A model generated the notes under the pieces. It saw only the letters and a program-made list of their open reading frames with translations, did no database searches and had not been told where the DNA came from. The translations under genes and the position numbers were made by a program. Positions 15,019 through 28,902 of a DNA stretch of 64,000 nt are shown one piece after another. The DNA is taken from contig OZ024743.1 in NCBI GenBank assembly GCA_964016885.1, positions 117,180,001 through 117,244,000 on the forward strand, written 5' to 3'. The DNA comes from Eledone cirrhosa. Taxonomy: Eukaryota. The first letter of the stretch is position 1; every line of letters starts with the position of its first letter.

Positions 15019-15145
15019 TATATATATAATAAAGAATTCATATCTAGTAACATATATATACATACACATGCATATCAATGCTAGCAAATATATAGGTTTT
15101 GTCTTAATAACAGTGTGGTTCAATGCATGGGGTTGCAGAACAATA

Positions 15146-15704
15146 ATATAAGAGACGTAAAATAAGAAAATTATAAAATTAACTTACTTACTAAAATATC
15201 ACTTCCAACTAATTAGTCTGGAATGGAGTAAATATATTTTCCGAAGAATAATATTGAGAAGCATTCCGTCGTCAGGAAAGTCTATTCTCATGTAAGTTTC
15301 CAGTCAAAGCGAGGACACTGGAAACTTACTAAAAAATAATTCAGTGGATAGGAAATAGCGAAGCGTGGACTGAATTCCAAGCCATTGAGAAAATCACTGC
15401 CTCTACGTCTGTGGCAAATTCAAAAAGAATCGAACACGTGACATCGAGGTCAATCATTCTCAATGGCTTGGAATTCAGTCCACGCTTCGCTATTTCCTAT
15501 CCACTGAATTATTTTTTAATAAGTTTCCAGTGTCCTCGCTTTGCCTGGAAACTTACATGAGAATAGACTTTCCTGACGACGAAATGCTTCTCTATATTAT
15601 TCTTCGGAAACTATATTTACTCCATTCCAGAAACTTATTAGTTGGAAGTGATATTTTAGAAAGTAAGTTAATTTTATAATTTTCTTATTTTACGTCTCTT
15701 ATAT
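15146..15704. repeat. Long inverted repeat (about 245-bp arms, about 65-bp spacer)
   Basis: 15146-15391 is the near-exact reverse complement of 15457-15704; ends in (TA)n. Confidence 0.95.
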
Positions 15705-15782
15705 ATATATATATATATGCACACATAAACATATATATATATATATGTGTACATATATATATGTGTACATATATATATATAC

Positions 15783-15813
<31 letters not shown>

Positions 15814-15884
15814 CATATATATATATATACACATACATACATATATATATATATGTATATATATATATCCACACACACACACGC

Positions 15885-16279
15885 TCCTATTACCGACTCT
15901 ACTACGCTAAGTATTGAGTACTTTGGTGCGTTATGTTCCATTTGGTTCCTTACCACATTTCCTTCGTTATATATATATATATATATAAGCAAAGGAATAT
16001 TTAATTTGTTGGTAATTAAGCAAATATATATATTTATAACAGATTCGAGGCATTCGATTGGTATATATATATATATATATAGGAGAAAGTATGACCCCGA
16101 CAGCAGAGCTCAAGCCGTAGAAATAGCCGTCGAAAGGGCTTGAGCTCTGCCGTGGGGGTCATACTTTCTCCTATTACCCACTCTACTACCCTAATTATTG
16201 AGTACTCTGGTGCGTTATGGTCCATCTGGTTCCTTACAACAAATCCTTCGTTATATATATATATATATATATATATGCC

Positions 16280-16342
<63 letters not shown>

Positions 16343-16521
16343 CGGAGGAAATGTGGTAAGGAACCAGGTGGACCATAACGCACCAAAGTACTCAATACTT
16401 AGGGTAGTAGAGTGGGTAATAGGAACGAGTAGGAGCCCGACGGCTGAGCTCGAGCCATTTCGACGGCTAATTAGCCGTCGAAACGGCTTGAGCTCAGCAG
16501 TCGGGGTCCGTCCTACTCGTT

Positions 16522-16524
<3 letters not shown>
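15885..16524. mobile_element. Cluster of three family B elements (15885-15969, 16081-16252, 16340-16524)
   Basis: shared core; last two are in opposite orientation and each has a terminal foldback. Confidence 0.9.
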
Positions 16525-16551
<27 letters not shown>

Positions 16552-16554
<3 letters not shown>

Positions 16555-17461
16555 CTTCTAACTTTAAATGTATACCTAATTGTGTATGGTTGACGGTATA
16601 TTTAGTCAGTTTCTACATGCTGTTGAAATGTTGGGTAAATACTCTATTGGGGTCACCGCGAAGAGGCCGCTTTCGGTTATTTACCAAATATTTCTTCATA
16701 GGAGCCGTTATTCTTATAGATTGGTCTAATTGATTTTTTATATGGTTAATTATGCTAATTGGGAGAGCAAATGCTATATATTTTATCTAATAATGCTAAG
16801 GACGTGATTTATGATATATTGCTCTGTTTATTTAATCTATTAATTCTTCATTGAGCCACATCATGACCGGTTGCCACATATATATCTGTGACTGTATATG
16901 TAAATCTTTATATTTAATATACTCCGGTTGGGTTGAGATGCAATTGGGCGATATTGGGCTGCGCTTTCTAGCAACCAGCCTACTCGCCGTAAGCAACTAA
17001 TCACATTCTTTCTAACTTAACCACCGCCACGTCACGATTGTTAGCCATTTTTTAAATCTATTTCTGGCGCGATCGCTTTGGAAAATTAACTTGAGTTTGT
17101 ATCCTTATGAGTTCGATACTCGAGTTATCCTTAATGATAGGATATCTCAAAATACGAACGAAACCATGGTAGAGATATAATTACGGTATGTACACGTTTC
17201 TTCTAACTTTAAATTTATACCTAATTGTGTATGGTTGACGTTATATTTAGTCAGGTCCTACATGCTGTTGAAATGTTGGCTAAGTACTCTATTGTGGTCA
17301 ACCGCGAAGAGGCCACTTTCGGTTATTTACCAAATATTTCTCCATAGGAGGCTTTATTCTTATAGCCTGGTCTAATTGATTTTTATATGGTTAATTATGC
17401 TAATTGGCAGAGGAAATGGTATATTTTTTATCTAATAATTCAAAGGACATGATTTATGATA
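16552..17461 (+). mobile_element. Non-coding element with about 265-bp direct repeats and an internal hammerhead
   Basis: 16552-16818 similar to 17197-17461; hammerhead 17097-17180 CTTATGA-gttcg...cgaac-GAAA-ccatgg-TA; flanked by (TA)n. Confidence 0.8.
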
Positions 17462-17550
17462 TATATATATATATATCTTACATATATATCTATATCTATA
17501 TATATATATATGCATATATATGTATATATATATATATATATCTTACATAT

Positions 17551-17581
<31 letters not shown>

Positions 17582-17591
17582 TATATGCATA

Positions 17592-17625
<34 letters not shown>

Positions 17626-17833
17626 CTTACATATATATCTATATCTATATCTATCTATCTATATATATATAAATATATACGGGGGGGGGGGTCAATGAGT
17701 GGTTGTGTGTGTGTATCTGTGTGTTTGTTTGTGTAACTAGATTCTTTTCAGCCGCCTATTTTTCACTCCCACCCTAGTACCTTCAATAATTCCATCCCGC
17801 CCGTCCCCTTAATCTATTTTATTTCTCATTGCA

Positions 17834-17869
17834 TCTTCTGATGAAGGACTAGAATCCGAATCGTTAAGA
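17834..17869 (+). ncRNA. Minimal hammerhead motif (degenerate), PLE 3' end type
   Basis: tctt-CTGATGA-aggactagaatcc-GAAT-cg-TT-aaga. Confidence 0.5.
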
Positions 17870-17982
17870 CCCTCTTCCTGCTATATCAAGCGTTAACATA
17901 ATATATACCTTCCATATACTGTACCGATTGTGTTGTTATTTCTGTTTACCTTTTACATACATGTATATATATATATATATAC

Positions 17983-19020
17983 GAACGTCAACGTCAATGA
18001 CAAGTGGGGGAGGGGCACCGGGAACTCTCTTGGGGCCACTACTTTCTCAGGTGGTTCTTTCAGATATGCTCTCATTAATACGGACCGCCTCAGTCACAAG
18101 TTATGCTGATGACACGAAAGTAGCAAATATAATCCAGAAACCGGCTGATGCTACTCACAGTTCGATTTAGATGCAATATACGGATGGGCTGAAAACAACA
18201 ATATGCAATTTAATGCAGGCAAGATTCAAGCCCTCCGCTTTCAACCCACAAACATATGACCTACACAAGAAAGGTACCTTGGACCGGGAGGAATCGAAAT
18301 CCCCGAGTCAAAATCAATACCGGACCTGAATATTGACATGAGCAATGAGGCATCGTTTCATGCACAGATCACCAAAATGATAGCAATGTGCAGTCGATTG
18401 TGGTCTGAATTCTGAGAAGAGAGTCGGTAACCATTTCGTCCTCAGCCGAATGGTCTATTTCTCGCAGCTTTGGTCGCTCCATAGTGTAAAAATAACTGCA
18501 GAACGTGAAGCAATCCAATGAAGCTACACCAAGAAGATAGCCTCAATTAAAGAGATGAGCTACTGGAGAGACTGAAAAATCTAAAGCTTTACTCCCTGGA
18601 GCGGAGACGTGAGAAATATGCAATGATATACATGGAAGATCCTACAAGCACAAAACATCGGCATTGTAGGCAAAACCAGCCCGAACAGCACTCAACTGTT
18701 TAGTTCCGAAGTTCCCATCTGTTGCATCATGAATAGGGACTACTTACTGCAATAGTCTGTGGTTCAAAGAACACCAGCTTTTTAATAAGTTGCCAAACAG
18801 AGATGTTCATGGTGTGCATGTAGATGTTTTCAAGAGATATCTCTATATTCTACTGACCAAGATCCCCGATAAATCCACAGCACGACGCGAGGCAGCAACA
18901 AACCCTCCCTTTGCATCAATGGCCAGCCAGGGAAGGCTGGTTATAGAAAGTGTAGCATCAATGGCGGTGCCCCTGAATGGCTCCAGCCTCTCGACTGAAA
19001 ACGCGTAGTAGAATAATAGA
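17983..19020 (+). mobile_element. CR1-clade LINE, 5'-truncated and degraded RT/C-terminus
   Basis: PGTLLGPLL, SYADDTKV, DLDAIYGWAENNNMQFNAGK, LKLYSLERRRE across frameshifts and stops. Confidence 0.9.
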
Positions 19021-19107
19021 ATATATATATATGTGTGTGTGTATGTGTGGGTGGGTGTATGTAAGTGGTGTGTGTATGTGTGTGTGTGCGTGCGTGTGCG
19101 TGTGTGT

Positions 19108-19162
<55 letters not shown>

Positions 19163-19511
19163 TGTTTGCATATATAATTTCATAAGTTGTATGGTCTTGT
19201 AAGCCGAAACATTGCAAAAACGTTTATGAATATCACGATATAAGGAAACAGCAATCGTTAAGGAGATGGCAAACAACAACAGATGAGAGGAGCTGAGATA
19301 AATGTTCCCTAATACATTTCGGATTAAAGAACAGTTGGAGGGTAATTTTAGACTTCTATTGTGCAATAGTTACATCGGTTCCCGTGTAAACGTAAATTAT
19401 TCTATTGGCATCACTGCACAGTTCAGAAAACAATGAATGAAAATGTCAAGATGAATTTCGAAGAGTTGAAATAAATATGATAAACATATTCCTGGACGTT
19501 TAAAAAGAAAT

Positions 19512-19621
19512 AATTGTTTCTACTATTGGCACAAGGCCAGCAATTACCCAGTACATTACTGGTACTTTATTTTACTGACCCCGTAAGGATAAAAGCAAAG
19601 TTAACCTCGGCATGATTTGAA
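19512..19621 (-). mobile_element. SINE 3' part
   Basis: family consensus. Confidence 0.85.
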
Positions 19622-19905
19622 CTATTTTATTGTTTATATAGTCAAATGATCACACACATTTCCTGGGATAAACATATGGTGTTGCGTGGTATTTTGTACT
19701 TACTCAACAGTATTGGTAACATAAATGTAGTTTATTTTCAAACCAATTGTTTATTCCTGTTTGCCCCCAAACCATAGCTCTCTCTACATATGCTTTGCCA
19801 CCTAATATTTACTACAATATATTCTACTTGTATGTAAATATTTCAGGAAAAACGGTTAGAAATCTCATGCCAAGAAGCATATTTTAAACAAACAAATCAT
19901 CATAA

Positions 19906-20119
19906 AGAATATTTTTGAAAAAAAATATATACATATATTTTGAAAAGAACGCAAACAACATCCTTTCATTCTTTTCAAATCTCATCGATCTTTCCTGTCA
20001 GTCAGATAAGGAAATATTTGCCTGCTGTTGAAGAATATCTCCTTCCAAATATTGTAAACAAATTAACTTTACAGCTCGTAAAGGAAGCAGACATATCACA
20101 GTGTTCTACAAAGGCATAA
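19906..20119 (+). pseudogene. Possible SOCS-box-like C-terminus, frameshifted
   Basis: NLIDLSCQS/+1/IRKYLPAVEEYLLPNIVNKLTL fits the spacing of the SOCS box LxxLCRxxIRxxL...LP; alternatively a terminal exon starting at 20006. Confidence 0.35.
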
Positions 20120-21199
20120 AATAGCTGTAAACGTCATGCTAGGATTTTGAAATACTTTTTCCATCACTAATGCGGGATTTCTATTCAACATTTGTGTATT
20201 TGTGTTGCTTAAAACTCATAAACCATTTGAAACACAATTACAACAACAGAACTGAACAATGGACGTATGCAAAATGAATGAAGATACAAAAAATATGACA
20301 GACAATTATGCAATTTTTCGTAAAATATTTTTACGTTTGGTATTCCAGGGTGTAATGTTCCATAAAGCATACCTTAATTTAACATTTTCATCATTAGTCA
20401 GCACAAAAAACTGAAATTCTAAATGGACACTGCGTATAAAGAATATTTGCTCTATTTATGTCATTTGTGTTCTTTAACTAAAAGTGCACACGGATTGAGC
20501 AGACTAAATACATGCTATCTTCAAATGAGGTATAGAATATATCGAATGTGGATTCCTCCATTTAAAATTAATAGTTGTGTTGAGACTGACCTGGTTGCTA
20601 TTCGCATGCAGTTAATTTTATTTTTAATAAAAAAGGTGTTCTACATTTCTTAACAGTACCAACTTTATAAGTAATAAGTTTCGTGAAATATTACATAGCA
20701 TCACTTTGTGTTTCGGTAGCCCATATGCAGACGTACTTGGATATACTTGTTGTTGTTATGGATATCCCCATATCAATCTTTACCAGTAGACATATTAACA
20801 AACCTGTTCTAGCCGTAGTCATCCCGTACTTTTTCTCTATGCTGGACTACATTTTGTAGTGTTTCAGTTTTTTTATTTAACAAACTGTAGATTAGGATTT
20901 CAGGGAAGATTAGTTGCAGTTTCTAACAGTTAAGGTGAGCACTTAGAGTGCTCTTCAGATGTATTTCTGAAATATGAAATCAATTATCCGAGAACTCCAG
21001 GGATTTTGGTCTTCTCGGCATGCTAATCCAAAGAGTAGATAATGTAGTCCTAGATATTCTGTGCAATAGATTCGTGTAGTCTCGGCTGGAATTCATTTGT
21101 CATAGATCTGTTAAAGCATGTCTGTCTTTGATGTACCAACAACAAATACAAGACATAGCTATACAAATTTAAATTCTATTGTCTACCTTAACACGGTCA

Positions 21200-21425
21200 C
21201 ATTGGCGTTAGGCGAATGAGAGTATAAGACCATCCAATGGAATTGACCCCTGTCCATCGCACATTTAACCCCCCCCCCAGCTAGAACTGCAACTTTTCAG
21301 ATGAATATACTGGAGTAACGAGAAATGAAGTGTTATGTTCAAGAACACAACACGGTCCAGGAATCCAACCCACTATGTTATGAGTATACGTCCAACACCA
21401 TTATCACCAGGTCATGTGCCTTCAC
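21200..21425 (-). mobile_element. Old CORE-like tRNA SINE
   Basis: GAAGTGTTATGTTCAAGAACACAAC...GGAATCCAACCC...CCAACACC resembles the reverse of a CORE-SINE head and core. Confidence 0.55.
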
Positions 21426-24069
21426 AAATCAATGTAAATAGAGATTATTAACGTATTTCTATATATGTTATGTCTGAAAAAAAGACACGATAATTAGGTA
21501 TTCTAAATCTGCCCTGCCCTTTCCAAAATAGCCAGAGCAGCAACAAAAGTATATAATAAATATACGAGTATGTAATGTAGTCCAATAAGATAGCTGGACA
21601 CTCTAACAAAATTAAACAAACAGTCAACACCGGTGCACAAACAGAGTAGGAAACAATGACAAACAAACAAACTAGGAAACAAAGGGTATGCATATAACCT
21701 ACAGATATTGGAGAGGGGCCCAGTAAATGTTTTGAGACGAGCATTGCTGTTTCTCTTGGCAATACCTGGACCTGCTTATTTCTTAGTTGTTCTGCCTTTA
21801 CCTTTTTGCTGACACAGATTGATCCGGGAAAAAGAAGCATTTTTTCTAAATGTGAGAATCAAAGGGGCTAAAATCAATCCTGGAAAGGATGATCATAATA
21901 CTGTCTCAATCAAGTCAAATAAGGGAGAAAATCAACATCAACGAAAACAACAAATAAATATAAGCTAACTGATATATGATCTAGCTTGAGCTTTTCAGGT
22001 TCTCAACCATTGTGTGAACTTAATTATTCCTAACTGATCTATCTGATAACTCATTAATGAAGAAACAAAGTGTAAGATTTAAAGTCTATGATTGGAAGCG
22101 CGAATATAGGTTATGTACAATATGTCGTTATCTCTGATTCAATTTCTTAGCTAGATGTCCTCCGTAGTTGTGCTGCTTTTCAGAGATTCGATTGAAATCA
22201 TATTTCTTTTACTTTTCACGTTAAAATTCTATTTTTGTTTCAATTAGTTCTAAATATGAAAAAAAAGAGAGGAAATCTACTACGGTAGATATAGTATGTT
22301 TTGAAGGAGACGTGGCTGTGATATCTAGCCTTCTGAGCAAGTCCATTGTACTCTGCATTTTAGAAAGACGATGAGATGCGAATGGCTTGGCTGTGTTTGC
22401 GACAAAGTTAACTTAAGATTAAACAGTATCTACAAAGATGAAAATTTTAATTCGAAACATACGCAAAATCCTCATTATTTTGCCAGGTTTGTTGCCAGGT
22501 TTGTTGCAATGATGAAATGTTTAAATAAGTTTTCTACTTGTAGTCGTATATCCTAGCTTTAAATTCTTCAAAATCTCAAATATACCTATCTAATACTCAC
22601 ACATTGTTGGTGAAATTACCGATTCAGTTCATGCTGTCACTAGAAGTGTGTAAATATCACCAGCAGTAATTAATAAATATGTCTTAGTAACAATCACATC
22701 CACATGAATTACATTTGATAAAACTAATGAATAGAAAAGTTTTTAAATGAACATTAATCTTTAAAATTATTTTAGGGATATATATAATAATGAAGAATTC
22801 ATCCTGAATAATTAAACCTACATAATGTTTCTGGATTCACTTTGAAAAAAAAAAGCAGTAAGAAAACCAATAAAATGTGTACTATTTATAATTTATTTAG
22901 AAACAGCTTTTCGTGATTTTCATATACAAGTACAGCTATAATCTCTAGACTATGGTAAAAGGATTTATAGGAATATGTTATTTTCTTTCGTTTGAAATGT
23001 AATACATTTAATAAAGTAATCTGAAATGCGTCATAACAGGTTTTATAGATTGTCATATAATGATTTGCTAACAACTTAGTATCACGGAGTGTGAACAACA
23101 TCGGTGATTTCTATGGCTACTTTATGGTTGCTTTATGTATGTCACATCCTATGTTTAATTTGATTTAACAAACTCATGAAGAACATTTACATCTTTGATA
23201 CATAATCAAATAAAATTGACTGAGTGAATGCCGCTAAATTCGAGGGCAGCTAAGAATTCATAAAAGCTAAACAAAAAAAAAATCTCTTGAGGAAAATTAT
23301 TAGCGGGAGGTCCAGTAATTAAAATGGACTTTTATTTCTGAAATATTATGTTTTTACTATTGATGCAACTTGATCCAGTTTACGTTTCGTTTCCCCATAT
23401 GAGAACCTATCACGTTAAAAGGGAAACTGATTGCCAGTGGATTCGTAATGGTTGATAGAGAACGTCCTTAATGTTCAAAATACATTTCTTGATGCATAGT
23501 TCTTTGGGGTTAACCAATGAGAAGTTCTGAAAGTGAAGCGCACACAAACATATTTTTAAATATTTATATGAATGCAGCATATATAAAAGAGAAACGATTA
23601 TTTTCGGGGAGGAAAGAGAGGTAGAAAGAAGGAAAGAAAGAAAGAAAAAAGAAAGAAAGAAAGAAACATGTTTTATAACTCATTTATCGAATATAGGAAA
23701 CAGATGTCTCAGATCATAATAAAGTATAAAATTTAATCTCAGCGAGGTCTATGTGCTGTACAATTAAAACAAAAGTACATGAAACACGATAATAACAATT
23801 AAAAAAATGATTTTATCGCCTCGCTGAGTCAAATGCTTTCAAGAAAATGTAAAACAGTGGATCTGATTTGTTATTTGAATGAAATGAAGGAATGCAGTAA
23901 ACAATTGGATAAGATATTATTTTCTCGATTAAAATAGACACTTAAGCTATCATATCCAATGTAGCCTATAAATGGTCACTCGACCTAATAGAAATGGCAG
24001 CCAAATATGCCCCAAACCTATATTTACTTACAATTCAAAAGATATGAAGACGGCTAAGGGAGGAAAAAG

Positions 24070-24210
24070 CACCTGCAATAGCTGGGAGATTAACCCTGCG
24101 CTAGATTGGTTTCCTGTCCAGTCAGGAGTGTTGTACTCTCAGTCACTTCACGCCATGAAACCAGGATAAGCACCGGTCTAACGATCATTCTAGCTTAAGA
24201 CAGATTTTAG
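24070..24210 (+). mobile_element. Old SINE 3' part
   Basis: AACCCTGCGCTAGATTGG...CCTGTCCAG...CACTTCACGCCATGAAACCAGGATAAGC, matches the reverse of part of 21200-21425. Confidence 0.5.
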
Positions 24211-25898
24211 ATCTTAGATTAGAACTAGAGATAATCTACCGATGAGTGTTGGCTTCGATTTGCGTTTGAAAGCAGTTGATTTACACGGCAGATACGTTTG
24301 ATGTAAAATATAAGAAATGGTAGTCTATCCTGCCCTCTAAAAGTGAAAAGGCTTCTAATTCCTCACTAAAATATTATACGTTGTAACATATAAGATGAAT
24401 GTCGACTTGAGAAAAATAATTTAACACTCTTTTCAGATCATTTTACTTTAGATTCATTATTTTATCGTTTGGAAAATAAGGCTTTCTAACTTTTATAGAT
24501 TTTACTGTATCGGTGTAATTGATTTAATTGTACTTATTTTATCGATCTAAAAGCCGATGGTCAAATCAAAATCGACGCAATACAAAGTTATGTACAAAGA
24601 AAAGTAACTAAAGTCGTTTAATGCGATGTATTCTTTGTATGATAAAACATATTATCTGTTAAATAACAAAATATTATATTTTTCCTTGGTGGAGCGATAA
24701 GCGATGCCATTTTCGTTAGCTTTTGTTATCCACCAATAGATAAACGAGACAATCATTGATCTTCTCCCAAATTCTACCTTATATTCACATAAGGAAAATA
24801 AACTGAAGCTATGCAAGATAAAGCGATCTCTTCAAAAACTAATTAAATTAAATTCTGATTTTCGATACATTAAACTCATAATTAAGTTATAATTAATTAC
24901 AACAATATGAAGTAAATTTCAAGCATAACCTTTGGTGGTTTTTGATTTCACAGGAAACACAATTCTTGGAAATAGGAAAGAAGCCTCCTGTCTTTCTTAT
25001 ACAAAGTAAATTTGCTACAATTGGAAATCGAAACAAAATCAAAGAAATATATCTTCATAAGCATATCAATAATCTTGACGCAGACATGGCCGAGTTATTT
25101 TGAAATTATTTCCACGCTTCCTTGCTTCTGGGTTCGGCCTCAGTCATCAATCGAACCAGTCCATGCGAGTTAAACTGGATTGATGAAAACCGTCCTGAAC
25201 CCGTCGATATAAAAGTGTGGTGCATGTTCTTTGGTGGTTAATTTAATACATCGCTCACTTGGATTCCTTTAGCAGAATGTATTTTGTTTTGTGCAATCGA
25301 ACTGTTTTTGGTCGGAGTGTATTCGGTGTGTTTTGGTTTGTATCTCCGGTTTTCGTTTATACGGTTGTCTAACGGCAATAGTGCCATAAATGAACTGACA
25401 TAAATATGAAATAATTAGCATATTACTGCTAAACCTTCGTTTGCAAATGATTGCCTCAAGGTTTATTCTATTAGAAAATTAGTCATTAACTTCTCATAGG
25501 ATTATTTCAATCTAGGTTAAAATGCGTAAATGTTCAGGTCTGAAGTCAGCAAAAATTAACCAGTTCAATATGTTACACCGATTATATTCATGTAAGTATA
25601 CAATAAAATAATTGAAATACACACACATACACATATAAATAGACAAACATGTGTGTCTTGATGTATATGCGAGGGACTGGCTTGTTTCAATACACTATGT
25701 AGCTGTCTCAATAGAATATGCTTGTAAGCCATGCATTATTGCATTTACGTATGTGTTCGGCTATAAGGGTACATTACCCGATTTTACAAGCATTGCTTTT
25801 ATATGAATCGCCTTTGGCTCCATTTAGAGTCAGCTTCTATAAAACATATATGTTATAAGAATTTCAAACCTAATCACACGTTTCCAAACTTCATATTT

Positions 25899-26006
<108 letters not shown>

Positions 26007-26995
26007 CATTTATATATATTATATATATATATACATACATATATATAATGTTTATATATATATATATATATATAATATGCGTCTGGGTGGGTGAGTGTGA
26101 GTGAGTGGGTGCATATATCCTTAAGAATCCACAATAAGAAAGACCAATATATAGAAAATAGTTTTTAAGTGTTTGGAAGACTTAAAAATACATTAAATAT
26201 ATGCAACAACTAGAAAGAGGTCTTAATTACAGAGTTAGAGACGCTGAAGTTTCCTCACTTTAATTCTCTAATATAATTCAGTTAAAATTTCGTAAGGATA
26301 TTTCATTTCGTCTTTCCCACTAAGAAATATGTTTTTTATGCACACTGAATCATAAACAAGCCATGTCTGGAAATACGATGAACAATATACACAAAAAAAA
26401 ACAAAAAAAAAAACATAAAAAATAAGTTAAGAAAACAAAACAAATATTTAATAAATAAATAAATACATTACATTACCAGAAAGTGGGTAAAAGATTATGT
26501 TGAGGAAATTTCTAATTAGCAAGCACGTCAATAATAAAAATGAACGAGCACACATGAGCCCTTGTTGGTCAGACGATCTAGAAATAGCAATATCTCATTG
26601 AGGCAAAACCTCTAGCAGTTAATTTAAACGCCCCCGCTCCAAAAAATAAAAAAATAAAAAGCAGATGCATCAGAGATTTTTCGAGAATAAATTGTATAAA
26701 AAAACAATATGATGAGCATTATACAATAAATGTTGAAAATATTTTAAGAAACAAAGTAAATTAAAAAGATATAAATAAATAAATATACTACCAAAGAAGG
26801 ATTTAGTAAAGCTATTTTCTAGAACTTTTAATTAACAAGTACATCAGCTATAAAATAATCGTGTGTTATTATTATGATCCTTTGCTGTGTGACAATCACA
26901 TTTCAAATATGCTTTCATGTTTGTGTATATATATATATATGTGTGTGTGCCTGTATGGATACACACACACACATATATATATATATAGAGAGAGA

Positions 26996-27127
26996 AACGA
27001 GTAGGACCCCGACGGCTGAGCTCAGCCGTCGGTGTACTACTCGTTCCTATTACCCACTCTACTACCCTAAGTATTGAGCACTTTGGTGCGTTATGGTCCA
27101 CCTGGTTCCTTACCACATTTCCTTCGT

Positions 27128-27129
<2 letters not shown>
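26996..27129. mobile_element. Family B element with foldback
   Basis: core plus hairpin centred on CGGCTGAGCTCAGCCG. Confidence 0.9.
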
Positions 27130-27206
<77 letters not shown>

Positions 27207-27498
27207 ATATACACGCGTGTGTATGATTGTGTATAGAAGATTATATTAATAAGAGGAATTCCAACTTTGTCTGATTTACTCGTTTTATTTACAATCCTTT
27301 AAAATTTATAATGGTATTAGAATGAAATAGTATGATAGAATATTAAATGTTAAGTGTCAATTGAACAAGTACTTTCATGCTTTCGCAATCTTCAGGTTTA
27401 TAATGTGTGGTGACAGTCAAGTTTGCAATTTTCAACTGTCATATATATATATATATATGTATATATATATTCAAATTTCTTTTTCCTTATTTCCGTTC

Positions 27499-27596
27499 AC
27501 GTGCCTGAATCAAGGGCCAGTTTGAAAAGGCCTCCTCCATTCCTCCATTATTTTGTGGTGGCTGCGACAGGACCCCGAAATCATTGGTAGCACATA
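27499..27596 (+). ncRNA. Degenerate hammerhead in a TA-flanked element
   Basis: gtgc-CTGAATC-aaggg...cccc-GAAA-tcattgg-TA-gcac. Confidence 0.35.
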
Positions 27597-27724
27597 TATT
27601 TTAAGTGTATGAAAATTTGTTTATATATATATATTTATATATATATAAGGGATAACAAGTTATCGTTATAGGTAATCCAGTTAGAGATTGTGAATACTCC
27701 GTATTGTGGATATTCTTCACTCTT

Positions 27725-27809
<85 letters not shown>

Positions 27810-27939
27810 ATAATAATAAATTTTAAGACTAAATTCCAAAGTGGGCTCGATAAGGATAAATATATATCAAACATATAAGAACCGTAGAGCAAATATTTAT
27901 TATATTATATATATATTATATATATTATATATATATACA

Positions 27940-28005
<66 letters not shown>

Positions 28006-28008
<3 letters not shown>

Positions 28009-28417
28009 TGGCTACCAACTCGTTTTCGAGTACGGCCACTACTTTATATCCATGTAGGAGAACCCCTACCAATGCGCTGAACGAGTGTGACTTTTTAGTT
28101 CAGCCAGCGACTTGAAATCTCTGGTACAAACACTACACTTATGACAATTATTGACACATAGTGCTGGGCCCATGGTACCATGTGACGACAAGTGAAGAGA
28201 GATCTCCAGATATAAAGCAATACCTGTGCCGTGAAGATTTTATAGTGAGCAAAGGCACTGCACAAAGCCAGTCCCACTCTCTTAACCAAGATGATATTTA
28301 CCAAAAAGAAGAACAAGTCAACATCATTGTATACCATCAGGGTTGCAGGTGTTATATCAGAGTTTTCCTTCTCCTAGAATTCTGCCTTGACAAAGGCTAA
28401 GGGGTCATCTCTCCCGG
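28006..28417 (-). mobile_element. About 410-bp RTE-5'-derived element (family K) in (TA)n
   Basis: high identity to 37900-38301; minus strand carries CTAGGAGAAGGAAAACTCTGA, a motif typical of RTE 5' UTRs. Confidence 0.75.
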
Positions 28418-28469
<52 letters not shown>

Positions 28470-28479
28470 CATATATAAA

Positions 28480-28554
<75 letters not shown>

Positions 28555-28557
<3 letters not shown>

Positions 28558-28760
28558 AATATAAGCTATCGCCGTATTTTGACTAAAAATTAAATAAATT
28601 ATTTATCCTGATAGTGGGGTTAAGAACCCTCGGAGAAATGGAAAAAGATATCTACCGATACTCATCTTTTTCCATTTCTCCGAGGGTTCTTAACCCCACT
28701 ATCAAGCTAAATAATTCCTTTAATTTATTTAGTCAAAATACGGCGATAGCTTATATTTAT
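28555..28760. repeat. Foldback element (about 95-bp arms) in (TA)n
   Basis: 28555-28649 reverse-complementary to 28664-28760. Confidence 0.9.
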
Positions 28761-28845
28761 AATTTCAAACTCGCTCGCGGTTTCGAAAATATTCTTACTT
28801 GATATATATATGTATGTATATATATACGTACATATATATATATAT

Positions 28846-28902
<57 letters not shown>

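Noticed and set aside
16140-16733. Recurrent peptide [24 protein letters not shown]
   Set aside because: Translation of non-coding family B; no start context or protein similarity recognised.
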